Source: Elusimicrobiota bacterium
GTDB lineage: Bacteria > CG03 > SLGR01 > JAGXOG01
Assembly: GCA_051745145.1 (NCBI GenBank)
Contig: JBNJDT010000001.1
Location: forward strand, 32,001 to 96,000
Length of the DNA: 64,000 nucleotides
Reading direction: 5' to 3'
Below the pieces are notes generated by a model. That model was not told the origin of the DNA, made no database searches, and saw only the letters and a program-made list of their open reading frames with translations. Positions 27,940-38,939 of the stretch are shown here, piece by piece. Each line of letters starts with the position of its first letter. The stretch's first letter is position 1. The translations under genes were made by a program, and so were the position numbers.

Positions 27940-28698
27940 TTATCCGGATATTTCAAAAAATTTTCTGGCATTATTGAAAGTAAGTTTTTTTATCTGCTGC
28001 GGAGTTTTACCTCTAATTTCACTTAAACAGCGGGCCGTATATTTTACATAGCCGGGCTGGTTACGCTTTCCTCTTAACGGAGAGGGCGAAAGATACGGTG
28101 AATCAGTTTCCAACAACAGTTTATCCACAGGAATTCTTTTTACCGCAGCCCTTAGAGAATCAGTATTTGAGAAAGTTACTACTCCTCCGAGTGCTATATA
28201 ATACCCTCTTTTAAGTAATTCATCTAATTCCCCGGACGTCCCTGTAAAACAATGAATGAGTATCTTTTGGTCTTTAAAGTTATCTAAAATATTTAACGTA
28301 TCTTTAAACGCCTTTCGGGAATGAATTATCACAGGCAAGTTTTTGTCCCGGGCGAGATCAAGCTGTTTTTCAAAGACTTTTCTTTGTATTTGGGTGGAGG
28401 AATTTTTGTAATAAAAATCAAGGCCTATCTCTCCAACGGCAACAATTTTTCTCTTATTAAAAATTTCATTCAACGTATCACTGTGTTTACTGAAATTTTT
28501 TACAGAATGGGGATGTATCCCGGCGGCCCCCCAGATATTCTTTTCTTCCAACAACCTGTTAAAGGTCTGTATATCCTCTCCGGGTTCAAATATACATATA
28601 ATACCCCCTAAATTTTTAATAATTTCAAACCGGTCTTTTTTAAACCTCTCATCCACCAAGTGCGCGTGAGTATCGAAATATCCGGTATCCGTATTCAT
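27940..28698 (-). CDS. tatD: TatD family DNase
   Basis: DTHAH, GIHP, GEIGLD, IHSR, IHCF, LETDSPY. Confidence 0.95.
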   Translation of the reverse strand: MNTDTGYFDTHAHLVDERFKKDRFEIIKNLGGIICIFEPGEDIQTFNRLLEEKNIWGAAGIHPHSVKNFSKHSDTLNEIFNKRKIVAVGEIGLDFYYKNSSTQIQRKVFEKQLDLARDKNLPVIIHSRKAFKDTLNILDNFKDQKILIHCFTGTSGELDELLKRGYYIALGGVVTFSNTDSLRAAVKRIPVDKLLLETDSPYLSPSPLRGKRNQPGYVKYTARCLSEIRGKTPQQIKKLTFNNARKFFEISG

Positions 28699-28699
28699 T

Positions 28700-29392
28700 T
28701 TAACCGTCTTCTATAAGTATGTCGTGAAGTTTTTTAAAATCGACAAATTTACTGCTCTTTTTATCCATAATTCTCATATTATCGCAGTTCATAGTATCTA
28801 TGACAGCTACCCGGTTGTCTCTTTCCCCAAACTCCACTTTTATATCTACAAGTTCTAAACCGTATTTTTCCAGATCCTCATTTATTATCCGGGCCACTTT
28901 TTTAGTAAGGGCTTTAGTTTTTTTTAAATTTTGCGGTGAAATTATATCCAGTTCCAACAGAGTTTCATCATTTATAAGGGGGTCATGTTTTTTATCGTCT
29001 TTTATAGTTATTTCCACCAGATAATTCAGCTTTTTAAATTTTTCGATATAATTTTCATAACGCCTTAAAAAACTTCCAAATGCCCTAAGTCTACATATAA
29101 ACTCCAATCCCTGACCAAAAATTTTAGATTTTTCAACTAAAATCGCCGTTTTTTCTTCTATAGTTTCAAGATAGTGATTCTCAATTCCTCTATCGGAAAG
29201 AAGTTGAAAAAAATATTCGGTGAGTTTCATACAGTAGTATTTTTTACCTTCTATATTCCCTACGACCTGATCTCCCCCGGAATCAGGTTGACCGTTATTT
29301 CCCAGCACGGTATCCCGGAACTTCATAAGCAGCCGGTTATTTGAATGGGGAATTACTACTTTTGTCTTGCCCTTATAGAGTTTTTGGTCCAT
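28700..29392 (-). CDS. purC: SAICAR synthetase
   Basis: LYKGKTK, LEFICR, GSFLRRY, KDD...DP, LVDIKVEFG. Confidence 0.85.
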   Translation of the reverse strand: MDQKLYKGKTKVVIPHSNNRLLMKFRDTVLGNNGQPDSGGDQVVGNIEGKKYYCMKLTEYFFQLLSDRGIENHYLETIEEKTAILVEKSKIFGQGLEFICRLRAFGSFLRRYENYIEKFKKLNYLVEITIKDDKKHDPLINDETLLELDIISPQNLKKTKALTKKVARIINEDLEKYGLELVDIKVEFGERDNRVAVIDTMNCDNMRIMDKKSSKFVDFKKLHDILIEDG

Positions 29393-31266
29393 TAACTTTT
29401 CAACTCAAAGGGAGAGATATAAGACCCGTATTTTTCTTCTGCTTCACGGAGGCGGGTCTTCTGCTTATTAAGAGCATCAAACAATTTTTGGGGAGTATCT
29501 TTAATATCCTCATATATTTTTACTATTCTCTCTATTTTATCCAGGAGTTCGGGCACTCTTACGGTAAACTGCTCTTCATAATCCTTTTTACTGTAAGATT
29601 TATTCAGAACCTCCCGGAAAAGCTCTTTTAAATCAGCATAGACAGGGATATATCCTGTAGGCGTCTTAATAGCCTCTACTTCGTCATTAACTCTAAGTTC
29701 CATCCATTTTAGCCAGACTTTTTTGTCTTCTATGGCATTTAAAAACTCCCCTTTATCATTTCTGAGAAAATAGTTTGCTGAAAAAATACTGGGAACAGAA
29801 TCAATATTCTGGGGAACATTACAATTTTGCTCGAGGTATTCATTAATCGGCACCGACATAAAATCTAAATTTGACATAAGATTAAACTTTCTTACGCCCT
29901 CTTCTCCTAAAGTTGCCGCTGTAGTCTCCGATTCAAGAGTTGCCCCTTTGGTAAGAATGCCGTGCTCCCAGTTATAGGCTTCCTCTACGGGTACGCAGGT
30001 ATCCGAATCTCTTCCCCCGTATATAACCCCGCCTACCGGCACCCCGTCCGGATCGTCGGCCCGTTCATCCTGATTATCCAGTTCACTTATACTTATAGTA
30101 AACCGGGCATTTTTATGGGATGGGGTTACCGGCCTGCCGTTTTCATCCTTTTTATCTTTATGCCACTCTCCGGAATAATTTATGCCGGACTCCGGTTTTT
30201 CCCGCTGATCGCCCAACCAGTAGGGTTTACCGTCTTTAATTAATACATTGGAAAAGATCACTTCCCCTTCGGAATTTATAGCATCCCAGATAACCGGCTG
30301 GCCCTCTTTGTTAACATCTCTTATTATGCCGAAAATACCTTTCTCAACATTTACAGCTCTCAATTTTCCGGCGATAGGACGCAAATAAGCTATATCATCC
30401 CCCACTATAGTTTCTCCATTTATCATGGCCGTGGAAGTTTTCCCGCAGGCCGAAGGATAAGCTCCCGTAAAATATGTTATCCTCTCTTTGGGACCGTGTA
30501 CCCCCATTACAAACATATGTTCGGTAAGCCAATCTTCAGATACGGCTTTATTAATTGCCAGTCTCATGGCCAGTTTCTTTAACCCTACCGTATTACCGGC
30601 ATACTGGGTATTTGTAGTATAAACTGTATTTTCCCCAAGATCTATATAGACTCTGCGTTTGTCAATCTCTTTAGAAACTCCGTTTTCAAGTATTCCGGCA
30701 GTATGTACAAATTTAAAGAAATCCTCCCCCTCGCCGGTCTTTAAAAACTGGTCATACCCCGTTCTGTAAAGAATTCCTTCAGAATGCATAACGTAACTGG
30801 AATCAGTTATCTGAAGAGCGGGAAGAGAAAACTCCGAATTTCTGGGCCCAAGGCAGAAAAAACCCACATACATTTCTTTCCCTTCCATAGAATCTTTTAA
30901 ATATTGGTGTACTTCCTTTAAACCTTCTTCTCTTTGGGTACTATTTATATTACTGCCTATTTCAGTCCGGGGTGTTACAAGATATTTAGTATTTTCCTTA
31001 TCCCGGGCCTGGTCGTTTTTACCGTCAAAATGGACAGTATGACCATCGGTTTTCAACTCTTTTTCTTCACCGTTTTCTATGGCCTTAGTCCTAATGTAAT
31101 CAGCATCCTCCGGGGAATCTCCTCTCACAAATACAGAATCGGGATTACAGTGTTTTACATACTTTGCTATGAAATTCACAACTTTTTCGCCGGGAATATT
31201 TTTCAGCTTCGCAAAACTCTCTTCACTACATTTTTTTCTTAAAAGTTTTTCAATTTCTTTGTTCAT
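29392..31266 (-). CDS. pckG: Phosphoenolpyruvate carboxykinase (GTP)
   Basis: YAGN, EHM, PSACGKT, VGDDIA, HKNARF, IYGGR. Confidence 0.95.
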   Translation of the reverse strand: MNKEIEKLLRKKCSEESFAKLKNIPGEKVVNFIAKYVKHCNPDSVFVRGDSPEDADYIRTKAIENGEEKELKTDGHTVHFDGKNDQARDKENTKYLVTPRTEIGSNINSTQREEGLKEVHQYLKDSMEGKEMYVGFFCLGPRNSEFSLPALQITDSSYVMHSEGILYRTGYDQFLKTGEGEDFFKFVHTAGILENGVSKEIDKRRVYIDLGENTVYTTNTQYAGNTVGLKKLAMRLAINKAVSEDWLTEHMFVMGVHGPKERITYFTGAYPSACGKTSTAMINGETIVGDDIAYLRPIAGKLRAVNVEKGIFGIIRDVNKEGQPVIWDAINSEGEVIFSNVLIKDGKPYWLGDQREKPESGINYSGEWHKDKKDENGRPVTPSHKNARFTISISELDNQDERADDPDGVPVGGVIYGGRDSDTCVPVEEAYNWEHGILTKGATLESETTAATLGEEGVRKFNLMSNLDFMSVPINEYLEQNCNVPQNIDSVPSIFSANYFLRNDKGEFLNAIEDKKVWLKWMELRVNDEVEAIKTPTGYIPVYADLKELFREVLNKSYSKKDYEEQFTVRVPELLDKIERIVKIYEDIKDTPQKLFDALNKQKTRLREAEEKYGSYISPFELKS

Positions 31267-31351
31267 AATATTCTCCTATTTTTTTTACTGCTTTTAATTA
31301 ATTATACTCTGATATTTTAGGGGGTTTATTATCTAAATTTAAGACCATTTG

Positions 31352-32278
31352 TCAAATAAGAAAGATTAAATATATAATATATCCGGCTAAAAGTATGGCT
31401 CCGCCCCAGCGTTCTATCTTTTCCCCCAAAAAGGCCGCCGGAAATAAAAGTAAAGTAAATATCAAAACAGCAGGGGCCTGAAAAAGATATTCTCCTTTTA
31501 CAATATTTACAGGTGAAATTATACTTGCCCCTCCGGCAATCAAAAATGTATTTATTATATTGGAGCCCACTATTGTACCCAGGCTTATTTCCGGTTTTTT
31601 CTTTATACTGCCTGAAAGAACAACGGCAACTTCCGGAAGAGAAGTCCCCACTGCCACGGCAGTTATTCCGATAATCGCCTCGGAAATTCCGAAATTCACA
31701 GCAATTTCAGTAGCTGTATCTACAATTATCTTAGCTCCGAAATACAGACCGGTCGCCCCGGCAATAAAAAATATTATCCCCCAGCTTAAAGATTTTTGGG
31801 ATACCCGGGCTTCTTTATCCAGCCGGGAATCCAATTTATGCCTGTATATTAGGAAAAAAACATATAAGACAAAAGCTATTATAAAAAATTTTCCTTCAAA
31901 TCCTGTAAAAACCAGATCCCGGGTTACTATAAATAAACCCAGAGCTGAAATTAATAATATCCAGTAATCGTATTTTTTTACATCTTTTTCCACAGGTACC
32001 GGAAACACAAAAGCTCCCAATCCCAGGGCCAATCCTATGTTTGCAATATTAGAGCCCACTACATTCCCCAGGGAGATATTGGAACTTCCCACACCGGCGG
32101 CCAGCCAGGATACTATTAATTCCGGCAAAGATGTGCCTACGGCTCCCACAGTTAAACCTATAATAAGAGTAGATACTCCCAGAGAACCGGCTATCATGCT
32201 CCCGCCTTCAATAAATTTATTTGCCCCAAACCACAAAAACATTATACCTAAAAAAAATAATGCTATTGAATACAGCAT
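31352..32278 (-). CDS. Ca2+/Na+ antiporter (YrbG family)
   Basis: Two GTSLPE...GSNI alpha repeats. Confidence 0.93.
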   Translation of the reverse strand: MLYSIALFFLGIMFLWFGANKFIEGGSMIAGSLGVSTLIIGLTVGAVGTSLPELIVSWLAAGVGSSNISLGNVVGSNIANIGLALGLGAFVFPVPVEKDVKKYDYWILLISALGLFIVTRDLVFTGFEGKFFIIAFVLYVFFLIYRHKLDSRLDKEARVSQKSLSWGIIFFIAGATGLYFGAKIIVDTATEIAVNFGISEAIIGITAVAVGTSLPEVAVVLSGSIKKKPEISLGTIVGSNIINTFLIAGGASIISPVNIVKGEYLFQAPAVLIFTLLLFPAAFLGEKIERWGGAILLAGYIIYLIFLI

Positions 32279-32659
32279 TTTAAGCCGGAATTCCTATATA
32301 TATTACCGATGCTATAGTATTTTTTTTGGCCACTTTTTACCTAAAACTTCTTTTATATAATATGTTTATCATCTTTTTTCTCTGCAGTCCTGATTTAACT
32401 TCCCGTAATTATAATTTAATATCCTGTTTTATTGTTCTAATTTTTTACATATCCCGAACTTTAAAGTCAAATTACCTTAGACCGCTGCTATTAACTCTAA
32501 TAATTTTATATAGATAATTAATTTGCCTGACTTTTATATTTGCAAAAAAAAAATAAAATTGTTATTATAATGGGGAATAATGAGAATAATTAATTAAAAT
32601 TTTTATATTAATAATGCTATTATTTTATCTAAAATTTATTATTAGTTAAATGAAAATCC

Positions 32660-35600
32660 ATGATTTCCAAACTTAATTTTTTCCGGCACTTAACAGATTT
32701 TCCAATCCGAATTCTTACTTGTAAGAAATTATCGCTAATTTTCTTGCTTTTAGCTGGCATTGTCGCCACCCCTGCACACGCTCAAGAACCTAAGCTGGTA
32801 GGGGCCCAGACCTATTCTGCGGCCGGCGTGCTAAACAGCGTCGCTACCGATTCCAATGATTACATATATTCTGCGGGAAAAAAGATTCCCGGGGACTATG
32901 AGGCCACCACTGACTGGGTATATCTTAAAACCAGTTACCAAAAAGGCTGGTACTGGTGGTGGTATGACCGGTGGATAAATCACTTTACTCTGGTAAAAGA
33001 TTTTTCCGGTGGTTTAAACGACGAGGCAACCTCTATAACTTTAGGGGATACCTATGCATACATGACCGGATTTGTCGAAGAATTACATACCTGGACTTAT
33101 GAATATGAAGATTTAGATGGAAACCAGCAGCAAGAAGAGGTCAGTATGCCCCTTCCCCAGGCTTACCTGTGGCAATACACCACAGGAGGCAGTCAAAACA
33201 GGATGATTTCTCTACCAGGATACACCCAGTCCGAATTTATGGGCAGCAGTGTGGACAGCAGCAACAATATTTATACCGGGTATTACGCCGGCGAAATAAC
33301 AGATGACGACCCTGAAAACTTACAGTTTGAATACGAGATAGGTTTAATAAGTTTTTCATCCGGCGGTTCAGAAATTGACCGCCATCAATACGAGACCGGC
33401 ACCGGCAGTTCAAACGATATGGAAAGTATCGACATTAATGAAACTTTTGTGCGGGGAAATTATGTCTATGTAGTCGGGGAACAGTCGGGCGATATGACAA
33501 GAAAAGCTTTTGTCGCCAAACACGATATAAACACCCTAGATGAAGTCTGGTTTAAAACCGTTGGCGACTTTGATCTGGATGCCCAGGATAGTTCGGGGAT
33601 GGATGTAGCTGTAGATTCTAACGATAATGTATTTTTTACGGTTTCCTACTCCGATTATGCCCGGCTTATTAAACTTAATTCCGACGGTTCTTTAAACAGC
33701 CATAAAAAGGAGCAGGCATCAGGCACTACCCGCATGGGAGGATTAGCTTTAAAAGATGCCGATAATGAGATATATGTTTCCGGTGAATACGACGGTAAGG
33801 CAGCATTTTTTAAATACGATACCGACCTTAACCAACAATATATTTATGATGTATCCCAGGATGAGCCCAATGCTTACCCGACTGATGTCTCTATAAGCGC
33901 AAATAATGATATAGTTCTGGTCGGTACAGACGAAGTCGGGGACGAATCCCGGCTATGGGTAGCAAAATACAGGGAATTTGAATCTACCCAATTAATGCAA
34001 CTGGAAGTTGACCCCGGATATTTAGAACCCTCATTCCAGGTGGAACAATCCACCTATGATGTTACGGTAAGCTCTGATGTAAATACAATTGATGTAACCG
34101 CCACCCTGGCCGATGAAAGTTCTTCCTTAACTGTTGACGGTAAAAGTGCTGAAAGCGGAGAACCTGAAACAGTTGATCTTAACAATTCCACGGGTACTAC
34201 AACTGAAATAGATGTAGTAATTACAGATAATGACAGTAATACAGAGACTTACACTCTTTATGTATACCGATCCGGAGAAATACTTAATGACAGCGCCAAA
34301 CTGGGTAATTTAACCGTAGATCACGGATTATTAAATCCGGGGTTTGCATCCGGTACTACCGAATACGATGTCGATGTAGCCTGGGATGTCGCAAGCATAG
34401 GCGTAACTCCCACCCTTTCCGGGGATAATCCAAACGCCGTAATAGAAGTTAACCATAAACGGATAAACGACAATACTACTGAAGAAATCCCCCTTAATGA
34501 GGGCGGTACGACCACGGATATAGAAGTTTTAGTTATTTCAGAGGACGGCAGTGCCCAGACAACATATACTATTACTGTCAACAGAGATGCGCCGTCGCAG
34601 GATGCGGATCTAAATGATCTGGACCTAAATCCCGGAAATTTAGAGCCGGGCTTTGATTCCCAGGATACAGACTACAACGTAAAGGTAAGTTCTGATGTTA
34701 CAGCTACAGATGTAACTGCTACCCTATCCGATTCAGACGCTTCACTAACAATTGATGATAATCAGGCTACCTCCGGGAACCCGGAAACTATAACCTTAGG
34801 TGGGCCGGGATCAGAGACGAAAATAGATGTCATGGTTACCGCCGCCGACAATGAAACTACAAAAACTTATACCGTATATGTAAAAAGATCAGAACAGATG
34901 CTTAATGACAATGCCAACTTAGATTATCTTATGATTACCCCCGGGGAGTTAGAACCGGGGTTTGATTCATCTACTCTTGACTATACTGTAGATGTCGCCC
35001 ATGATGTTGAAGAAGTTGATTTAACGGCTTACCCTGAAGATATCCAGAACGCTTTTGTTTCAATTGACGGTACGCGCGCTGAAAACGGTACAAAAACTAT
35101 TAATCTTAATTCAGCAGGCTCTTCTACTGTAATAGATATTACCGTAAGCGCAGAAGACGGTGAAACCGAAAAATCTTATACCGTGACTGTAAATAGAGCT
35201 GCAGCTCCGCCATCTGATAACGCAAATTTATCCGGTTTAACGATATCCCCGGGTACACTTGACCCCGTATTTGACAGTTACATCACCGACTATGACGTTG
35301 AAGTGGCTTCTGATATCGGCAATGTCGATGTTTCTGCCACGGCGGACGATACAAATGCAACTCTAACCATTGACGGAGATAGCGTTAGCAGTAAAAACAT
35401 AACTCTTAATCCTGCCGGGGAAACAAAAAATATAGATATTGTAGTTACCGCAGAAAATGGTTCCACTAAAGAATATTCCATACTGGTAAAAAGACTGGCT
35501 CCACCCTCCGGTGATGCCGACCTCGATGATCTGGACTTGGACCCTGGCAACTTAAAGCCGGCATTTTCTGCTGGTGAGACCAGCTACAACGTAAAGGTCA

Positions 35601-37960
35601 GTTCCGACGTTGAAAATACCGATGTAACAGCTTTTCTATCGGACAAAAACGCCGGGCTTAAAATTAACGGGGATCCTGTTTCAGGCGGCGAATCTGAGAG
35701 AGTTTATCTCAGTGGAGATGGCTCCACCACCACCATAACAATTAATGTTACTGCCGAAGACGGTACTACTACAAAAACTTATACTGTAGATGTATACCGA
35801 CTGCACCGGTACGATGACCCTCTCAATGATGATACCGACCTGGAAGATATGTCAGTTAACCCCGGAGAATTAGAACCGGAATTCACTTCTTATACCACAA
35901 ACTACGAAGCCGAGGTGGCCCACGATGTTACCGAAGTAATTTTAACTTCTACCCGCTCCGATACAAACGCAATAGCCGAAATCAACGGCAGCCGGATAGA
36001 TAGCGGCGAGCATAAAACAATTGCTCTTAATGACGAGACTACTACCACCGAAATAGATATTAAAGTTACAGCTGAGGACGGTGATACCCAAAAGACTTAT
36101 ACCGTTACTGTCGAAAGAAATCCGTCTACTGATGCACGTCTAAATAATTTATCTATCGATCCGGGCAGTCTTTCACCGAGTTTCAGTACCGGAACTTTTA
36201 GCTACACCTCTAACGTGGGACCGGCAACAGGAACAGTAAACATAACCGCCGGACTATCCGATACTAATGCCTCTTTAAAAATTAATGGCTTTGCCGCTAC
36301 TAATAATCAGGCTGAAACTGTTTCTTTAAATCCAAAAGATTCAACAACTACTATAGATATTGTAGTTACAGCTGAAGACGAATCTACGACAAAAACTTAT
36401 ACTGTTAAAATATACCGGGATCCTTCCGATAATACAGACCTTACCGAACTGGATCTGCATCCCGGAAATTTAGATTCTCCCTTTGATAATTCTACTACTT
36501 TGTATACCGCAAAAGTAAGTTCTAATGTAGAGGAGACTGAAATAACCGCTACCCTTTCCGATGAAAACGCTGGTTTAAAAATTGACAACGCAACAGCTTC
36601 AAGCGGCGAAGCTGAAACTATCGAACTGGGAGTAAAAGGAACGACAACAACAGTATATACCACTATTACCGCTCAAGACGGGGTTTCCCAGGCTACTTAC
36701 ACAGTAAAAGTTTACAGGTCAGAAAAAATACTTAACGACAACGCCTCACTTACAAATATGTATGTCGTACCCGGATATTTAGAGCCTAATTTTTCAGCCG
36801 GTATTACAGATTATGATGTAAATTTAGATTACGACGATGACGCTATCAGTATCACCCCTGTTCTATCAGATAAAAAAGCTATAGTAAATATAAATGATAG
36901 TAGAGTTGAAAGCGGTAGCCAGAAGACGGTCAACTTAAACAACCCCGGATCGGAGACTGTAATAGATATTGTAGTTACAGCCGAAGACGGTTTTACAAAA
37001 CGCAGCTACAAAATTACAGTAACAAGAGCGTCCGGACCCGGCTACCGGGCCCTCTTATCAGCCCTAAATTTAAATCCGGGAAATTTAGACAAACAATTTA
37101 ATAAAAATATTACCGGTTATAAAACTAAGGTAAGCTCCAATGTCACAGCTATTGATATTACCGCTACTCTTTTAGATGAAAATGCTTCTATGTCTATTAT
37201 CGGGGATGAAACTGACAGCGGAACACCAAAAACCGTATCAATCGGCCGGAAAGGTTCAACGACAACTGTCGAAATACTGGTTACATCCGCCGACGGCGAA
37301 AACGAAAAGATTTACACTGTCAGTATAGTCCGGTCCACTGTAATGCTTAATGACAATGCCTTTTTAATAAACCTACTGATTACCCCCGGGGAATTAGAAC
37401 CGCTTTTTTCTAAAAATGCCACTAAGTATGAAGTTGAAGTAGAATACAACGTCGGCCAGATTCAAATTATCCCCTTTATTGCCGATAAAAAAGGAATTAT
37501 AGAAATTAATAATAACAGAACCGCAGACGGTAAACCGGAAACTATTGCTCTGGGGTCCCCGGGTACAGAAACTAAAATAACGGCCACGGCAACTGCCGAA
37601 AATGGCGCCAGCTCAAAAGAGTATCAAATCACTGTACTTAAAGGTATCTTATCGGAAGTGGAAGACCCCTACGATGAGGTGTACGTGGTGGGAGGTAAAG
37701 AAGGATTTATTAATCTGAATACCGGTGAAAAACCTAAAATTTATTTTACCGCCCAAGAAAGCGGAGAAGTAAGATATACTATCTACACCCTTAATGCAGA
37801 TCTGGTTTATGAAGATGTAATGTATACCGGCAAAGGGGAAAATTATATTGAATGGGATGTAACTAATTTCAGGAATAATACCGTAGAACCGGGAATTTAT
37901 ATTATACGGCTGGAAGGCCCCGGTTTTGAAGAACAGAGGAAAATACCTATTCTCAAATGA
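32660..37960 (+). CDS. Large exported surface protein: beta-propeller-like region, 12 cadherin-like beta-sandwich repeats, FlgD/T9SS-like C-terminal domain
   Basis: Signal peptide ending AHA; VAVDS..N.Y-type blades; repeats L..L...PG.L.P.F....Y.V.V...VTAED...TYT; tail IYTLNADLV...EWD.......VEPGIYIIRL. Confidence 0.85.
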   Translation: MISKLNFFRHLTDFPIRILTCKKLSLIFLLLAGIVATPAHAQEPKLVGAQTYSAAGVLNSVATDSNDYIYSAGKKIPGDYEATTDWVYLKTSYQKGWYWWWYDRWINHFTLVKDFSGGLNDEATSITLGDTYAYMTGFVEELHTWTYEYEDLDGNQQQEEVSMPLPQAYLWQYTTGGSQNRMISLPGYTQSEFMGSSVDSSNNIYTGYYAGEITDDDPENLQFEYEIGLISFSSGGSEIDRHQYETGTGSSNDMESIDINETFVRGNYVYVVGEQSGDMTRKAFVAKHDINTLDEVWFKTVGDFDLDAQDSSGMDVAVDSNDNVFFTVSYSDYARLIKLNSDGSLNSHKKEQASGTTRMGGLALKDADNEIYVSGEYDGKAAFFKYDTDLNQQYIYDVSQDEPNAYPTDVSISANNDIVLVGTDEVGDESRLWVAKYREFESTQLMQLEVDPGYLEPSFQVEQSTYDVTVSSDVNTIDVTATLADESSSLTVDGKSAESGEPETVDLNNSTGTTTEIDVVITDNDSNTETYTLYVYRSGEILNDSAKLGNLTVDHGLLNPGFASGTTEYDVDVAWDVASIGVTPTLSGDNPNAVIEVNHKRINDNTTEEIPLNEGGTTTDIEVLVISEDGSAQTTYTITVNRDAPSQDADLNDLDLNPGNLEPGFDSQDTDYNVKVSSDVTATDVTATLSDSDASLTIDDNQATSGNPETITLGGPGSETKIDVMVTAADNETTKTYTVYVKRSEQMLNDNANLDYLMITPGELEPGFDSSTLDYTVDVAHDVEEVDLTAYPEDIQNAFVSIDGTRAENGTKTINLNSAGSSTVIDITVSAEDGETEKSYTVTVNRAAAPPSDNANLSGLTISPGTLDPVFDSYITDYDVEVASDIGNVDVSATADDTNATLTIDGDSVSSKNITLNPAGETKNIDIVVTAENGSTKEYSILVKRLAPPSGDADLDDLDLDPGNLKPAFSAGETSYNVKVSSDVENTDVTAFLSDKNAGLKINGDPVSGGESERVYLSGDGSTTTITINVTAEDGTTTKTYTVDVYRLHRYDDPLNDDTDLEDMSVNPGELEPEFTSYTTNYEAEVAHDVTEVILTSTRSDTNAIAEINGSRIDSGEHKTIALNDETTTTEIDIKVTAEDGDTQKTYTVTVERNPSTDARLNNLSIDPGSLSPSFSTGTFSYTSNVGPATGTVNITAGLSDTNASLKINGFAATNNQAETVSLNPKDSTTTIDIVVTAEDESTTKTYTVKIYRDPSDNTDLTELDLHPGNLDSPFDNSTTLYTAKVSSNVEETEITATLSDENAGLKIDNATASSGEAETIELGVKGTTTTVYTTITAQDGVSQATYTVKVYRSEKILNDNASLTNMYVVPGYLEPNFSAGITDYDVNLDYDDDAISITPVLSDKKAIVNINDSRVESGSQKTVNLNNPGSETVIDIVVTAEDGFTKRSYKITVTRASGPGYRALLSALNLNPGNLDKQFNKNITGYKTKVSSNVTAIDITATLLDENASMSIIGDETDSGTPKTVSIGRKGSTTTVEILVTSADGENEKIYTVSIVRSTVMLNDNAFLINLLITPGELEPLFSKNATKYEVEVEYNVGQIQIIPFIADKKGIIEINNNRTADGKPETIALGSPGTETKITATATAENGASSKEYQITVLKGILSEVEDPYDEVYVVGGKEGFINLNTGEKPKIYFTAQESGEVRYTIYTLNADLVYEDVMYTGKGENYIEWDVTNFRNNTVEPGIYIIRLEGPGFEEQRKIPILK
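33985..37640 (+). repeat. Twelve ~100-aa intragenic cadherin-like repeats (boundaries approximate)
   Basis: Twelve PG.L.P.F-type starts counted in the translation; recurring DNA such as gatattgtagttacagc and cttaatgacaatgcc. Confidence 0.85.
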
Positions 37961-38931
37961 TTTTTTTTATGAAAAAATATAAAATATTTTCGTCTCTTAT
38001 TACTCTATTAGTTTTCATCTGCGCAGATACTTACGGAGAAAGCGGAGAAGCGGCGGGCATCACCTTAACTAAACCTGTAACAGCTTCCCAGGCAGTTTTA
38101 TACAATGCGGTTTCCGGGGACACCGGTTTAAAAACTTTTGGAGTTAATCCCGCGGGCTTAACAGGCCTGGAAAAAAGAGAATTATCATTTATGTACAACC
38201 GGGGACATTTTGAAGATGATTTTGTGTCGGCAACCTACGGACAGCAGATTTATTCAGTATATATCGGAGCCAATGTAATTTATAGAACCACCGGTAAAGT
38301 AGGTATTTATACCTCCGGCGGTGAATACGTAAAAGAGATAGGGCAGGAAGACACTGTTTTTTCTTTAACCGCTTCCCTGCCGGGGATACCCGGGTATAAC
38401 ATGCCGGTGGGTATTAATTTAACTATGTTAGAATCCAGTATTTTTGGATATTCTGCTACATCTTATCTTATAGATGCCGGTACCCAGAAAACAATAAATT
38501 TTAAAAATAGCAATTTGCGGTTAGGGGCTAGCCTGAGAAATCTCGGTACAAAACTTAAATATTTAGAAAAATATTCAGATATACCCTCTTCAATGCAGAC
38601 GGGTTTAAAATATTCTATAGCCATAGGGGAGGATAAATTATCTGCAAATTCTGATTTAAACTTCCCCCTTAATTCTAAAGATATTTATCTTATGGGGGGC
38701 TTGGATTATAAAGTGATTTTAAATACTGAAGGCACTTTTACCAGAGGTGGAGTTTTTGACAGTTTAACTTTTATGACAGGAGGAAAAATGAATATAAATT
38801 CAGAAAATTCTAATCCCAGAATAAATTTAGGTTTGGAGATAGAAACAAAACCTTATACATTCAGCTATGTAATGAATCTGGTTCAAGACATTAATTTAGG
38901 TCACTATATATCTTTAGGATTTAAACTTTAA
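37957..38931 (+). CDS. PorV/PorQ-family outer-membrane beta-barrel
   Basis: Signal peptide, NPAGL, IDAG, GASLRNLG, IPSSMQTG, terminal HYISLGFKL; ATGA overlap with the upstream gene. Confidence 0.72.
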   Translation: MIFFMKKYKIFSSLITLLVFICADTYGESGEAAGITLTKPVTASQAVLYNAVSGDTGLKTFGVNPAGLTGLEKRELSFMYNRGHFEDDFVSATYGQQIYSVYIGANVIYRTTGKVGIYTSGGEYVKEIGQEDTVFSLTASLPGIPGYNMPVGINLTMLESSIFGYSATSYLIDAGTQKTINFKNSNLRLGASLRNLGTKLKYLEKYSDIPSSMQTGLKYSIAIGEDKLSANSDLNFPLNSKDIYLMGGLDYKVILNTEGTFTRGGVFDSLTFMTGGKMNINSENSNPRINLGLEIETKPYTFSYVMNLVQDINLGHYISLGFKL

Positions 38932-38939
38932 GGTCTGCC

